From an uncultured Lachnospiraceae bacterium (GTDB taxonomy: Bacteria > Bacillota > Clostridia > Lachnospirales > Lachnospiraceae): DNA of 64,000 nt. Shown here piece after piece: positions 1 to 9,686 of the stretch. Under the pieces are notes generated by a model. It was not told where the DNA came from. It was given only the letters and a program-made list of their open reading frames with translations, and made no database searches. Within the stretch, counting starts at the first letter, position 1. Each line of letters begins with the position of its first letter. Position numbers and translations under genes: made by a program. Location of the stretch: the NCBI GenBank assembly GCA_910586725.1, contig CAJUJL010000006.1:4477-68476 (forward strand), given 5' to 3'.

Positions 1-1896
1 AACAACATCAAATTCCAGTCCCTTTGCCAGATAAAACGGCATCACCGAAATGCCTTTTTCAAATTTCATGCTGTCCTTTGTCAAAAGCGCGGCCGCCCTC
101 TCCGGCATCATTCTCTGCAGTCCGCTGTGCGTATCTGCCGCGCTTTCGGCATCCAGGCAAAGCACGGCTATCGTATCCGCTTCCGTTTCCTTTGCAATAT
201 CGACTGAAATCCGTTCCAACATAGCGTCTCTTGTATCACAGCTTATCGTCCGGGGTTCTTCTCCGTGGCGCGCTACCGCCTGCACTCCTTTTTCACCCGA
301 CAGGCCCTTGACAAATTCCATGATTTCATAAGTGGAACGGTAACTTTTGGTCAGATAAATGCAATGCACGTCTTTTCCAAATATTTTGGGCAGAAATTTA
401 AGCACATCCTGCCTTTTTCCCGCCATTGTCTGAACTTCGTCGCCCAATATCGTCATCGGGCAGTCAAACATTTTTTCCAGCAGAACGTACTGCAAATAAG
501 AATAATCCTGCATCTCGTCAATGACCAGATGCTTTACTTCGCTTCTCTTTGGCAGATCGCATACCGCATATTTCAGATACAAAAGCGGATAGACGTCCTC
601 GTAGCGCAAAACAAAGTCCGATGGAGGAAGCGGCTTACGTCCGCTTTCTTTTAAAAAGCGGTTATAAAGCTCAAGAAGATTTCTTGTTTCATACATTTTA
701 TTCAGTCTGTCAAAAATCTCCTGTTTTTCTTCCTCCGACATATTTTTATTTCGAAGCGTTTCTTCGGCGTCGATCAAATATTCGCCGATTTTTTCCATGC
801 GGCTTAAAATCGGCACATCCGCCAGTTTTTCATAAAACATGCCGGAAAGATCGGATTCCTTCATTTCTATATTTTTATAGTGAAAATCCCTGAAATTTAA
901 AAGCTCCCATTCCAGGCTTAAGATAAATCCGTTCAACTCCTCCAGATAAGCTTTCGACTGTTTGTAATCGTCAGTCTCTTTCTCATGAAGCATTTTTTCG
1001 ATTTCGTCATAACGGTCTTCCGCTTCGCCGTATTCTTTGAGCATATGATACGCAAAATCATCCAGCGTCATTTCGCAAATATTTTCTTCGCCCAATTCCG
1101 GAAGAATCCGGGATATATAATCAGCGAAAATGCTGTTTGGGGATAAAATCAAAATCTGCGCCGCGCTTAAATTTTTCCGGTTATGGTAAAGGAGGTATGC
1201 AATACGGTGCAGCGCCACCGAAGTCTTACCGCTGCCCGCGCATCCCTGTACGGCTAAAATCCGGTGGCTCTGGTCTCTGATAATTTTATTTTGCTCCTTT
1301 TGGATCGTAGTGACGATATTTTTCAAACGGGCGTCCGCATGTTCCACCAGGGCCTGTTGTAAAATTTCATCGTCTATATTCATTTCGTTTTCTAAAACGT
1401 AAATGATCTTTCCGTTTTTAATCTTATACTGCTTTTTCTTTGTAATTTCTCCCTGTAAAAGCCCTGCGGGAGCCAAAAACTCCGCCGGTCCCTGATCGTA
1501 ATCATAAAACAATCCGGAAACCGGAGCGCGCCAGTCGCAGACATACGGGTCCGCCGCTTTGTCTTTTGCCAGGTTTGCAATGCCGATATAGTAAATTTCC
1601 GGCGTATCCTCTCCGTCATAACGAAAATCCACTCTGCCAAAATAGGGAGCGTACAGCATTTTTTCATACTGCAGCCGCTCCCTTTTGTATTCTGCCTGTT
1701 CCTTCATCCGGCTTTTTAAAGCATTGCTGTTATCGTAGATTTCATAACCGTATTCATCAAATTCCGCATAATTTTCCCAAAAATAATCATGCATGGCCTC
1801 AATGTCTTTGTCATTGCCTGACATTTTATCTGTGATGTCTTTTATTTTCTGATGCAGCGTCTCTGTGACTAAAGTCAGGTAATCTTCTTCGTTCAT
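1..1896 (-). CDS. helD: HelD-family RNA polymerase recycling helicase (UvrD-like); 3' end runs off the window
   Basis: Not in the ORF track (no stop inside the window). Manual translation from ATG 1896 (RBS AAAGGAGA) gives MNEEDYL..., PYFGRVDF, CDWRAPVSGLFY, IVTTIQKEQNKIIR, Walker A VQGCAGSGKTSVALHRIAYLLY and Walker B HLVIDEMQDY. Confidence 0.9.
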   Translation of the reverse strand, partial: MNEEDYLTLVTETLHQKIKDITDKMSGNDKDIEAMHDYFWENYAEFDEYGYEIYDNSNALKSRMKEQAEYKRERLQYEKMLYAPYFGRVDFRYDGEDTPEIYYIGIANLAKDKAADPYVCDWRAPVSGLFYDYDQGPAEFLAPAGLLQGEITKKKQYKIKNGKIIYVLENEMNIDDEILQQALVEHADARLKNIVTTIQKEQNKIIRDQSHRILAVQGCAGSGKTSVALHRIAYLLYHNRKNLSAAQILILSPNSIFADYISRILPELGEENICEMTLDDFAYHMLKEYGEAEDRYDEIEKMLHEKETDDYKQSKAYLEELNGFILSLEWELLNFRDFHYKNIEMKESDLSGMFYEKLADVPILSRMEKIGEYLIDAEETLRNKNMSEEEKQEIFDRLNKMYETRNLLELYNRFLKESGRKPLPPSDFVLRYEDVYPLLYLKYAVCDLPKRSEVKHLVIDEMQDYSYLQYVLLEKMFDCPMTILGDEVQTMAGKRQDVLKFLPKIFGKDVHCIYLTKSYRSTYEIMEFVKGLSGEKGVQAVARHGEEPRTISCDTRDAMLERISVDIAKETEADTIAVLCLDAESAADTHSGLQRMMPERAAALLTKDSMKFEKGISVMPFYLAKGLEFDVV

Positions 1897-1932
1897 GGGA
1901 ATATTCTCTCCTTTGATATTTTCCATCCAATG

Positions 1933-1961
1933 ATTGTAGCAATAGAAGAGAAATTTTTCAA
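1933..1961 (-). promoter_or_regulatory. sigma-A promoter of helD
   Basis: Minus strand reads TTGAAA-17 nt-TACAAT with a TG extended -10. Confidence 0.6.
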
Positions 1962-1967
1962 GGAAAA

Positions 1968-4900
1968 TTATTTGGGCATTTTGATACTTTTTTTCTTACT
2001 CCATGAACCATATACTTTGTTACCGCCGGATTGCCTGTACGCGCGCACTCTGATGTAATATTTTTTTCCTTTCTTCAACTTTTTCAAGATGACCCTGGTC
2101 TTCTTTACGGAGATTGTTTTTGCTTTTTTAAATTTTTTATTGACCGCATACTGCGCCTGGTAACCGGCCGCGTCCTTTACCTTCTTGAATTTCACCTGAA
2201 TCTGGTTTTTCTTTTGCCTCTTACATTTCAGGCCCGTTACTTTCCCTGGACGCGTTATTTGCGTCTGGCCTTTCTGAACCGTGCCGTTACCGTTACCGCC
2301 TTCTGTCGTCTTGTCTTCCTCATCTTCGTCATCATCGTCTTCTTCTGTCTTCTGATCCGTATCACCCGGCGTTTTGTCAGGATCTTCCGGTACCGTTACG
2401 ACTTCTTCATATACGCTGACGGCATTGTCCGAAAAAGTATATTCTTCTGTCTCCTGCAATACGACGCAGTACAGTGTTTTTTGGCGCGTATTCTCGTCTA
2501 CTTCCGCGCTCTGGTAAGCTTCGGATACGTTCACGGTTTTAAAAGCGTTCGCATCCAGATCTCCCAGCTTAAATGTCTTAAGCAGCGCCCCCGTTTTATT
2601 TCCATCGTAGATATGTATTTCTACATCAGACGCGGTTTTCTCTCCTGCGTTTGTCACTTTGACTTCTTTCATGCTGATGTATTCGATGGAAAGATCCGGC
2701 GCAAGGCCTTCAATGCTTCTCTCATATACCGCTCTGCTCTCTAACGCTTCATCCGCTGTCAAAGTTACCGTCAGTTTTCCCTGTTTCAGCTCTGCCGGAG
2801 TCGTGATCTCCACCGTTTTATCTATGCAATCCCCTGCCGCGAGCTCGTTGCACAGAAGCGTTCTCGCAAGCTCGTTTCCGCTTTCATCAGACCAGACGGC
2901 TGTCAAATGATGCAAAATTTCCGTTCCGCTGTTGGATGCTTCTATTGTAAACTCATTTGCCGCTCCCGCCTGGTAAGACAAAACGTCATATCCCACGGAA
3001 TCAATTTTCGCCTCTGTCCTTGATAAAGCCGACGTCGCTTTTAATACGGTTGCGCCATACGGATTTTGCGCGTTTTCATCTACCGTCTGAAACGTATACA
3101 CAAGCGCATTTTCTCCTTGATCCTGATAGAGCGCAAAGCCTCCGATATAACCGTCTTCTTTGGTAATCTGAACCGGAAGGCTGCCCTCCGCAAAAGACTG
3201 GTACCAGATATTCGATTTGAACCCGTCGGTCTCCGTCCAGTATACGCCCCTTTCACCATCCAGAACATACGTATTGCTGGTATATACTTCCGTACCCTGT
3301 CCGCTTCCTCCTTCCTGCGGCATATAGCGCAGTCCGCGTTCCCCGGTATAATAGATTCTGTCATTTGCGTACTGGAAGCTCTGAGAGTCAATCACATCAT
3401 CGGTTCCTCTGTACACTTTGTCTCCCAGCCAAAAATCATTGCCTATGCTGTACATCAATTTTCCTTTGGCAAACCCCATATGCTGAATGGCTTCATGAAT
3501 CCACTGATACTCTTTGGCATCCGTCCAGGCGCCGTCTTTCAGGGAAGATTCGTATATCTTTGTTGTCCCGTTCTGCTGCATAACGTCCTTGTCTGAATTC
3601 TCCGCCCACATCGCAGTCATATTTCCGTCCTTTTCACACAGCAAATAGCCGTGCTTGTACGTGTCATTTGCCGCGCTGACTTTTACAGGCGTTTGGAAAG
3701 CGCTTAAGGCAGCGTCAAATTCAGCCACATAAATTTCCATAGAGGCCGCAACTTCTTCACTTGACATGGATTCATTCAGAGGAACGCTGCTGTTTTCATA
3801 AATAACATAGGTATTTCCGTCAAACTGAAACAATTTACCCATTGTATCCATACGGGGAGTCTGGCAGACCGGCTTTGCCTCTGACCATTCGCCGTTTGCG
3901 AAAATCCGGTACATCAGCGTATTCTGTCCGTCTGCGGACGCCTGACTGTCTGATAAATATGTCAAAAGCGTTCTTTGGTCCGATAATCCGACCGTCTGCG
4001 GCTTTGCATGCTCATACGCAAGAGAATCTATTACGTTATTGTCTATCTGGTCTTTGCTGTTTGTCTGCAAATCCCGCATCTGTTTGGCGCCATAAGCTTT
4101 TGCCGGCTCATAGCTCATTTGCAGCTCCACTTCATCCTGAATGCTCAAGTTCGGCCACAGCTCTATGTACTTTGGAAACTTCCAGGTTCTTTCTACTTTA
4201 ATGCCGATGAGCGTGCTTAATTTCACAAATGCGTCTCCCTTTAAGTGTGCCGTTACTGACTCTTTGGCGCTCTTCCAGGGAAATTCAACCGTTCCTTTGA
4301 TCTCTCCATGCACGCCGCCCTGAACGTCCGCAACCACAGCATTTGCGCCTAATGCAATGCTTGGTTCAACCAAAAGAGAAAAGCTGCCGTATGGTTTTAT
4401 TTTTTTTCTTTCTGTATCCCACTTTCCTCCGGCCGTAATTTCCACGCCTCCCTTGACGCCTTCTTCTACATAAATAATTGTCCCAAAGAGATATTGCCTC
4501 GCTTTTACCCCGATGCTTCCTTCTACAAAAACGCCGCCTTCATTCATACCGACAATATTTTTTCCGGAATCATCATACTGCAGCTCAAAATATCCCAAAA
4601 TTTTACCTTCTGCCTCAAACATCGTCTTGGCTTTCTTTTCCTTGGCTTCATTTAAAGCCGTAGAAAACTTTTCTTTCAGTGTCTTGGCTTTCTCCTTTTC
4701 ATTTTCGTCATTGTTCGTCTCTAGCTGCCGGTTTTTTAAAACGAGGGATTTTGTACTGTTCCATTTATTTTTCCATGTATCAGAGTCTTTCGACGCTTTG
4801 TCCAGTTCTTTCTTGACACCACTCTTATATCCGACCAAAACCTGCAATGTATTTGTGTCTTTGTCACGTTTTACACTAAAATCCGTATGGTCAAATTCAA

Positions 4901-5909
4901 AGGGCGAACTGACCTCACAGTTAAATTTGAACAGATTGAATTCTAAACCGGCCGCATTGACTTCCGGCCCGTCTATCTGAAACGCGCCATAGCCGGATTC
5001 CCCATCAAAAATTTTCGCCACCTGCTGCGTTAAATCCAGAGAGGAATCCTGATATTCCGTATTCAGCTTCTTTTCCTCCGGTTCCGTCTCTGACAGCCCG
5101 GCCGCATTTTTTCTGATACGCATCATCGGACGGATTCCGTACTCCCATGTCATATACCATCTTACAAAAGAACCTTCTGCCGAAACGCGCACATTCTCCG
5201 GATTTCCGTAAGCCCAGCTGGGATCTCCCCTAAGCCACCAGTTGGACGCCTGTTCTTCCGGATCCAAATACGCCGTTTTATACGCAATTCGCCCCCTGTC
5301 CGCCAAATCTGACGGTGAAAATCCATACTCTGCATTCATCACATCTTCCTCCTGCGGAAGATAGACTTTGTCCGTCGTTATCTCCACCACCGAAGGTTTC
5401 ATATAAATCAGCCGCTTTGACCTCAAAGTTGTCTCCGCGATCTGCTCCCGCTCCTCTTCTGTAAAAGCATTTTCCATAAACGTATTATTTAACCATTTCC
5501 GGATGTCGCTGCTTTCCCAACCGTCATTACTGCCATACGCGCGGAAATCTATGACTTTATCTGACAGCAGCGTCAGATAAGCGCCATCATCTTTTAACAC
5601 ACGCCATGCAATTGAAGCATCTTTGTAAAAATCATCATCTTTCTTTGCGTAATGCACGCCTTGATAATATAATTTTCCGCCTGTAAAAAGATCGTCCTCG
5701 TACATGATGCGCAGCGTTTCCAATTCCTTTTCATCCGTCACTTTCCGCTGGATGTAATTTCCAAAATAAACAATCCTGCTCCCGCTCTCCTTCTCCTGTG
5801 CCGCTACATTGAAAAATACGGAATTCTCCGTAACGGACATGAGAACGAAAAGCACCAGCAATATCGCAAAACAACGCTTCTTCCATGCGTTTTTCCCCTT
5901 GCTTTTCAT
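1968..5909 (-). CDS. Large secreted/surface protein (signal peptide, DUF6273-like N-domain, beta-rich core, CARDB/Ig-like domains, acidic linker, Lys-rich FN3 C-terminus)
   Basis: 1313 aa with RBS and N-terminal signal peptide. IAWRVL...WESSDIRKWLN...WWLR...GIRP is DUF6273-like; KKGKKYYIRVRAY...YGSWS is FN3-like. Confidence 0.8.
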   Translation of the reverse strand: MKSKGKNAWKKRCFAILLVLFVLMSVTENSVFFNVAAQEKESGSRIVYFGNYIQRKVTDEKELETLRIMYEDDLFTGGKLYYQGVHYAKKDDDFYKDASIAWRVLKDDGAYLTLLSDKVIDFRAYGSNDGWESSDIRKWLNNTFMENAFTEEEREQIAETTLRSKRLIYMKPSVVEITTDKVYLPQEEDVMNAEYGFSPSDLADRGRIAYKTAYLDPEEQASNWWLRGDPSWAYGNPENVRVSAEGSFVRWYMTWEYGIRPMMRIRKNAAGLSETEPEEKKLNTEYQDSSLDLTQQVAKIFDGESGYGAFQIDGPEVNAAGLEFNLFKFNCEVSSPFEFDHTDFSVKRDKDTNTLQVLVGYKSGVKKELDKASKDSDTWKNKWNSTKSLVLKNRQLETNNDENEKEKAKTLKEKFSTALNEAKEKKAKTMFEAEGKILGYFELQYDDSGKNIVGMNEGGVFVEGSIGVKARQYLFGTIIYVEEGVKGGVEITAGGKWDTERKKIKPYGSFSLLVEPSIALGANAVVADVQGGVHGEIKGTVEFPWKSAKESVTAHLKGDAFVKLSTLIGIKVERTWKFPKYIELWPNLSIQDEVELQMSYEPAKAYGAKQMRDLQTNSKDQIDNNVIDSLAYEHAKPQTVGLSDQRTLLTYLSDSQASADGQNTLMYRIFANGEWSEAKPVCQTPRMDTMGKLFQFDGNTYVIYENSSVPLNESMSSEEVAASMEIYVAEFDAALSAFQTPVKVSAANDTYKHGYLLCEKDGNMTAMWAENSDKDVMQQNGTTKIYESSLKDGAWTDAKEYQWIHEAIQHMGFAKGKLMYSIGNDFWLGDKVYRGTDDVIDSQSFQYANDRIYYTGERGLRYMPQEGGSGQGTEVYTSNTYVLDGERGVYWTETDGFKSNIWYQSFAEGSLPVQITKEDGYIGGFALYQDQGENALVYTFQTVDENAQNPYGATVLKATSALSRTEAKIDSVGYDVLSYQAGAANEFTIEASNSGTEILHHLTAVWSDESGNELARTLLCNELAAGDCIDKTVEITTPAELKQGKLTVTLTADEALESRAVYERSIEGLAPDLSIEYISMKEVKVTNAGEKTASDVEIHIYDGNKTGALLKTFKLGDLDANAFKTVNVSEAYQSAEVDENTRQKTLYCVVLQETEEYTFSDNAVSVYEEVVTVPEDPDKTPGDTDQKTEEDDDDEDEEDKTTEGGNGNGTVQKGQTQITRPGKVTGLKCKRQKKNQIQVKFKKVKDAAGYQAQYAVNKKFKKAKTISVKKTRVILKKLKKGKKYYIRVRAYRQSGGNKVYGSWSKKKSIKMPK

Positions 5910-5930
5910 CTTATTTCCCCCTCTTTTTCC

Positions 5931-8024
5931 TTATTTCGTAATCTTTACGCTCTTTGGCTGGCCCTTGGCCTTTAAAATCTTTTTATACTTCTTTAATTTT
6001 GCAGATGGAACTTTAATTTTGCATTTTTTGTTGATATTTTTGAACGCGTTTTTGCCCACCGTTTCTAGCTTTTTGCTCTGAATGGCAATATTCTTTAAAT
6101 TTTTACAGCCTTTCCACGCATTTTTGCCGATGGACGTAACGCCGCTCCCAACTGTGACGCGTTTTAATTTTGTACAGTTTTCAAACGCGCTGTCTGCAAT
6201 CTTTTTTATCTGGGACGCAGTCTTTATTCCGGTTACTTTTTGATTGCCTTTAAATGCTTTTGCGCCTATGGCGGTCACTTTGTAAGCTACGCCTTCATAT
6301 GTAATGCTGCCCGGTATGGTAACGGTCTTTGCGGACGCATTGGACGGCCCCGCATAAGCGACCGTGTTTGCCCCCGTTACGGTGTATATCCCGGAAGATT
6401 TTACATCGGTAATTTTTTTCCCTTTTGGCTGTGCGTTTGAAACAGGCTTCTGCGTTGACGGCTGCGTGACTTCATCGGATCCCACCACTTTAAATGTCAG
6501 CCCTGCGCGTTTTGCAAAATCTTCCGCCGTGGAACCGGGATACCCATAGATAATACTGTCATAACCGCCCGAAAATCCGATATACGCCTCATCGCTAATA
6601 TCACAGGACGGATTTAAAACGGTAATACTTGTCAGGTCCGTCCCCACAAATGCCTGGCTTCCTATCGTCTCCACACTTTTGGGAAAAATGATTTTTTTCA
6701 CTACGCTTCCATCAAATGCTCTTTTTCCAATTGTTTTCACGCCATCCGGAACGACAAAGGTATCGCCCGCCTTTTTGGCCGGATACATTTCCAGCGTTGT
6801 TTTATCTTTGCTGTAAAGCGCTCCGTCCAGCGAACAATAATTTGGATTTCCGGCATCCACCTCGATATTAGAAAGCCCCGGGCAATACATGGAAGTTCCA
6901 AATGCCGGATGATCTTTCATACTTGTCACGCCGGCCGGTATCTTCAAATTTGCCAGATCTTTGCAGCTGGAAAACGCCCCTTTCCATATTTTTTCCACGC
7001 CGTCTGGTACGGTATAAGAAGCTCCCGCTCTCGTATTGGTGCAAAAATACAGTTCTGTTTTATCTTTGTTGTATAAAACTCCATTTTCAAAACAGAAGTT
7101 TTCGCTTTGCGGCGCCACCTGAACAGACGCTAACCGGAAACATTCAAAAAACGGCGTCTGTGAACTATTTGCACTCGGAGTAGGTGTTCCAAGAATCTCC
7201 AGGCTGGCAGGAATTGAAACGGACTGCAGACTGCTGCACTTGTAAAATGCCGAATTTTGAACTGTCGTTACTCCCTCTGGAATCTGAACATCTGTCAATG
7301 CGGTACAATTTGAAAAAGCATGTACACCGATCGACTCGACTGTACTCGGAATATTTATATCCGCCAGACTGATGCATCCGGAAAATGTAGAAGGAAATAT
7401 TCCTATCACGCCTTCTGAAATAGAAACTTCTGATAAGCGTTTACAGTCCTGAAAAGTAGAAAATCCCGTACCCATATAGCTGGATGTCGGACTGGAAAAC
7501 ACGGCGGAAGTCAAATTGTCACAGGAAGCAAAAGCCCGCGAAACCAGATTTTCCATACTGGACGGAATCACAACCCGGACAAGACCGGTTTGTGCAAACG
7601 CTTCGCGTTCTATCCTTTCCACGCCTTCCGGAATCGAAACCTCTTTCAAATTGGCGCAGCCATAAAACGCTCTTTCGCGTATGGATTTCACACTTGAGGG
7701 TATGCTCACTCTTTTCAGATTCGTATGATAAGTAAACGCATTGGCCGGAATATAGGTGATTCCTTCCTGTATATCTACCGATACGATCTGATCACTGTAT
7801 TCATCCCATGGACAATATCCATACGGATGCGTTCCGCTGATTGTTAACACTCCGTCCGACGTAAGCTTCCAGTGTGCGCTGCCGCCGTTTCCATAAGGAT
7901 CTTCTTCAAAATCCCCTTCCGCAATGACCTCTGCCGCTTTGACTGTCACTCCCATAGAAAAACATCCGATTATTGCCATCGCCAATACCATGATAAGCGT
8001 CTTGATTTTGATTCTGTATTTCAT
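5931..8024 (-). CDS. BspA-like leucine-rich-repeat (LRR_5) surface protein
   Basis: Signal peptide, many IPxSVxxIxxxAFxxCxxL repeats, Lys-rich C-terminal LRR module. Confidence 0.85.
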   Translation of the reverse strand: MKYRIKIKTLIMVLAMAIIGCFSMGVTVKAAEVIAEGDFEEDPYGNGGSAHWKLTSDGVLTISGTHPYGYCPWDEYSDQIVSVDIQEGITYIPANAFTYHTNLKRVSIPSSVKSIRERAFYGCANLKEVSIPEGVERIEREAFAQTGLVRVVIPSSMENLVSRAFASCDNLTSAVFSSPTSSYMGTGFSTFQDCKRLSEVSISEGVIGIFPSTFSGCISLADINIPSTVESIGVHAFSNCTALTDVQIPEGVTTVQNSAFYKCSSLQSVSIPASLEILGTPTPSANSSQTPFFECFRLASVQVAPQSENFCFENGVLYNKDKTELYFCTNTRAGASYTVPDGVEKIWKGAFSSCKDLANLKIPAGVTSMKDHPAFGTSMYCPGLSNIEVDAGNPNYCSLDGALYSKDKTTLEMYPAKKAGDTFVVPDGVKTIGKRAFDGSVVKKIIFPKSVETIGSQAFVGTDLTSITVLNPSCDISDEAYIGFSGGYDSIIYGYPGSTAEDFAKRAGLTFKVVGSDEVTQPSTQKPVSNAQPKGKKITDVKSSGIYTVTGANTVAYAGPSNASAKTVTIPGSITYEGVAYKVTAIGAKAFKGNQKVTGIKTASQIKKIADSAFENCTKLKRVTVGSGVTSIGKNAWKGCKNLKNIAIQSKKLETVGKNAFKNINKKCKIKVPSAKLKKYKKILKAKGQPKSVKITK

Positions 8025-8091
8025 CTCTTCCCTCCAACTTTCTTTTTTCTATGCCAAATCTCCGAAACTTTCTCACAAAGACAGGCCTGTC

Positions 8092-9549
8092 CTACTTCTT
8101 TATTGTCACTTTTTTTACCCGGGTAAATGAACTGAAAGATTTTACTCCTCCAACGATTCGATACGATCGTATTTTATAAAAATACTGACTTCTCTTTTTT
8201 AATTTGCTGTTTGTAAAACTTGTAATGGAATTTTTCCTGATTGCCTTGACCTTTTTATACCTGCCATTTTTCTTTGCGCTTCTGTAAATCTCGTATCCGT
8301 CCGCGCCTTTTACCGTTTTCCAGGTGAGCTTCGCTTTGTTCTTTTTTCTATTTTTCACCTGAAATCCGGCTGGTTTTTTCAGGGAAACGCTTTGTGCGGC
8401 GTTGTTATTTGAGCCAGGAGCCGTTTCCTGCCCGGAAGGCATAATGGTGAAGCTTTTTGTTACCCGGCCTGTATTGGCTCCGATTCCGGATATTGTAACG
8501 ATTCCGGTTCCGGCTGCAATATTGCTGCCGTAGGAAACCGTATAGTCTTCGCCCTCTGCCAGTCCATTGATTATTACCTGTGGACGCTTTTCTTTTCCGT
8601 CGTATACAAATGTATCCTGCGATAACATAATTTCCTGACAGGCCAGGCTTACAACAGCATTGATTGTGCACACCGCCGTATAGCCGCCGTCTTTCGACGT
8701 CGCAGTGATTGCAGCCGTCCCTCCCTTTTTGACGGCTGCGTATATTTTTGAGCTATTGTGGTTTTGTCCGGATTCGTCCTCAAACAAAATAACGTCTGAG
8801 CCTTCCGCCTTCCATTCTATTCTCCGGTTCGAAGCGTTTGCAGGAAAAATCTCCGCTTCCAGGCATATTATGCGGCTTTGGGACGGGGATGCAAATTCCA
8901 GCGTTTTAACGCATTCTTTTTCTCCTTCTATCCGTAAGTCAGTTACCGGAGTTTTAACGCCTGTCCGCGTTACGTTTTTTCCTGCGTTTGTCAGAAACTC
9001 ATCTGCATAGGAACCGCTCTGCACCCGGTATGTAAGCGTTTCGTTATTGCTGATGCTGCCATAAATACTCGTCACAGAAGACGGGATAGCAATGCTCTCC
9101 AGGTTTTGACATCCCGCAAATGCATTTGCGCCGATTTCTTCCGTTCCTTCCGGAATTACAACCGATGTCAGAGCGCCAAAATACATACAGGCGCCAAAAT
9201 TCAGACTGACCATTGTGTCCGGAAATACGACCGACCGAATGCGTTCGTACCGCATGAAATCCTCCGTATTCAGGGAGTTCAGTTTGACCTCGCGCACCGG
9301 CTGGCCGCCTAAGCTCTCCGGCACAACAAGCTCTGTTTCTTCTCCCATATACGCCGTGATTGCCGCGTACGTTTCTCCCCCTGCCGCTTCCATCAGACTG
9401 TATACGTAACCGTTTTCTGTAAATTCGGCTGCTTTTGCTTTCAAGGACGCCATACAGATAAGCGTCAGAAAGCACAGACTGGCGGCCAGTCCAGGGACCG
9501 TAAGCATTGAATCAGCCGCAAGCAATGATTTCAACCTTTTTCTCGCCAT
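8092..9549 (-). CDS. Surface protein with LRR_5 repeats, Ig-like domains and Lys-rich C-terminal FN3
   Basis: Signal peptide; VVIPEGTEEIGANAFAGC repeats; FPANASNRRIEW...ITATSKDGGYTAVCTI (Big_2-like); LTWKTVKGADGYEIYRS...YFYKIRSY (FN3). Confidence 0.8.
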   Translation of the reverse strand: MARKRLKSLLAADSMLTVPGLAASLCFLTLICMASLKAKAAEFTENGYVYSLMEAAGGETYAAITAYMGEETELVVPESLGGQPVREVKLNSLNTEDFMRYERIRSVVFPDTMVSLNFGACMYFGALTSVVIPEGTEEIGANAFAGCQNLESIAIPSSVTSIYGSISNNETLTYRVQSGSYADEFLTNAGKNVTRTGVKTPVTDLRIEGEKECVKTLEFASPSQSRIICLEAEIFPANASNRRIEWKAEGSDVILFEDESGQNHNSSKIYAAVKKGGTAAITATSKDGGYTAVCTINAVVSLACQEIMLSQDTFVYDGKEKRPQVIINGLAEGEDYTVSYGSNIAAGTGIVTISGIGANTGRVTKSFTIMPSGQETAPGSNNNAAQSVSLKKPAGFQVKNRKKNKAKLTWKTVKGADGYEIYRSAKKNGRYKKVKAIRKNSITSFTNSKLKKRSQYFYKIRSYRIVGGVKSFSSFTRVKKVTIKK

Positions 9550-9585
9550 AGCTACTCCCTCTTTCCTGAAAATATTTATGACAAC

Positions 9586-9686
9586 ATTATACTATTCTTT
9601 CCGCGCCCCAAACGCCCGGTGCAACAACTCGCCGATTTCATGTCATTTTTAGCAAACCATGTTAAAAACTGCACAAAATAAGTCAT
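9586..9686 (-). promoter_or_regulatory. Promoter with phased LytTR-type boxes for the 9549-1968 operon
   Basis: -10 TATAAT at 9586-9591. Plus-strand GTCAT-type boxes start at 9621 (degenerate), 9642, 9661 (degenerate) and 9682. No canonical -35. Confidence 0.65.

Noticed and set aside
24..1835. Short ORFs listed over the first 1.9 kb, and the many similar antisense ORFs throughout the track
   Set aside because: They overlap well-supported genes (here helD) on the opposite strand or in another frame and show no recognisable motifs.
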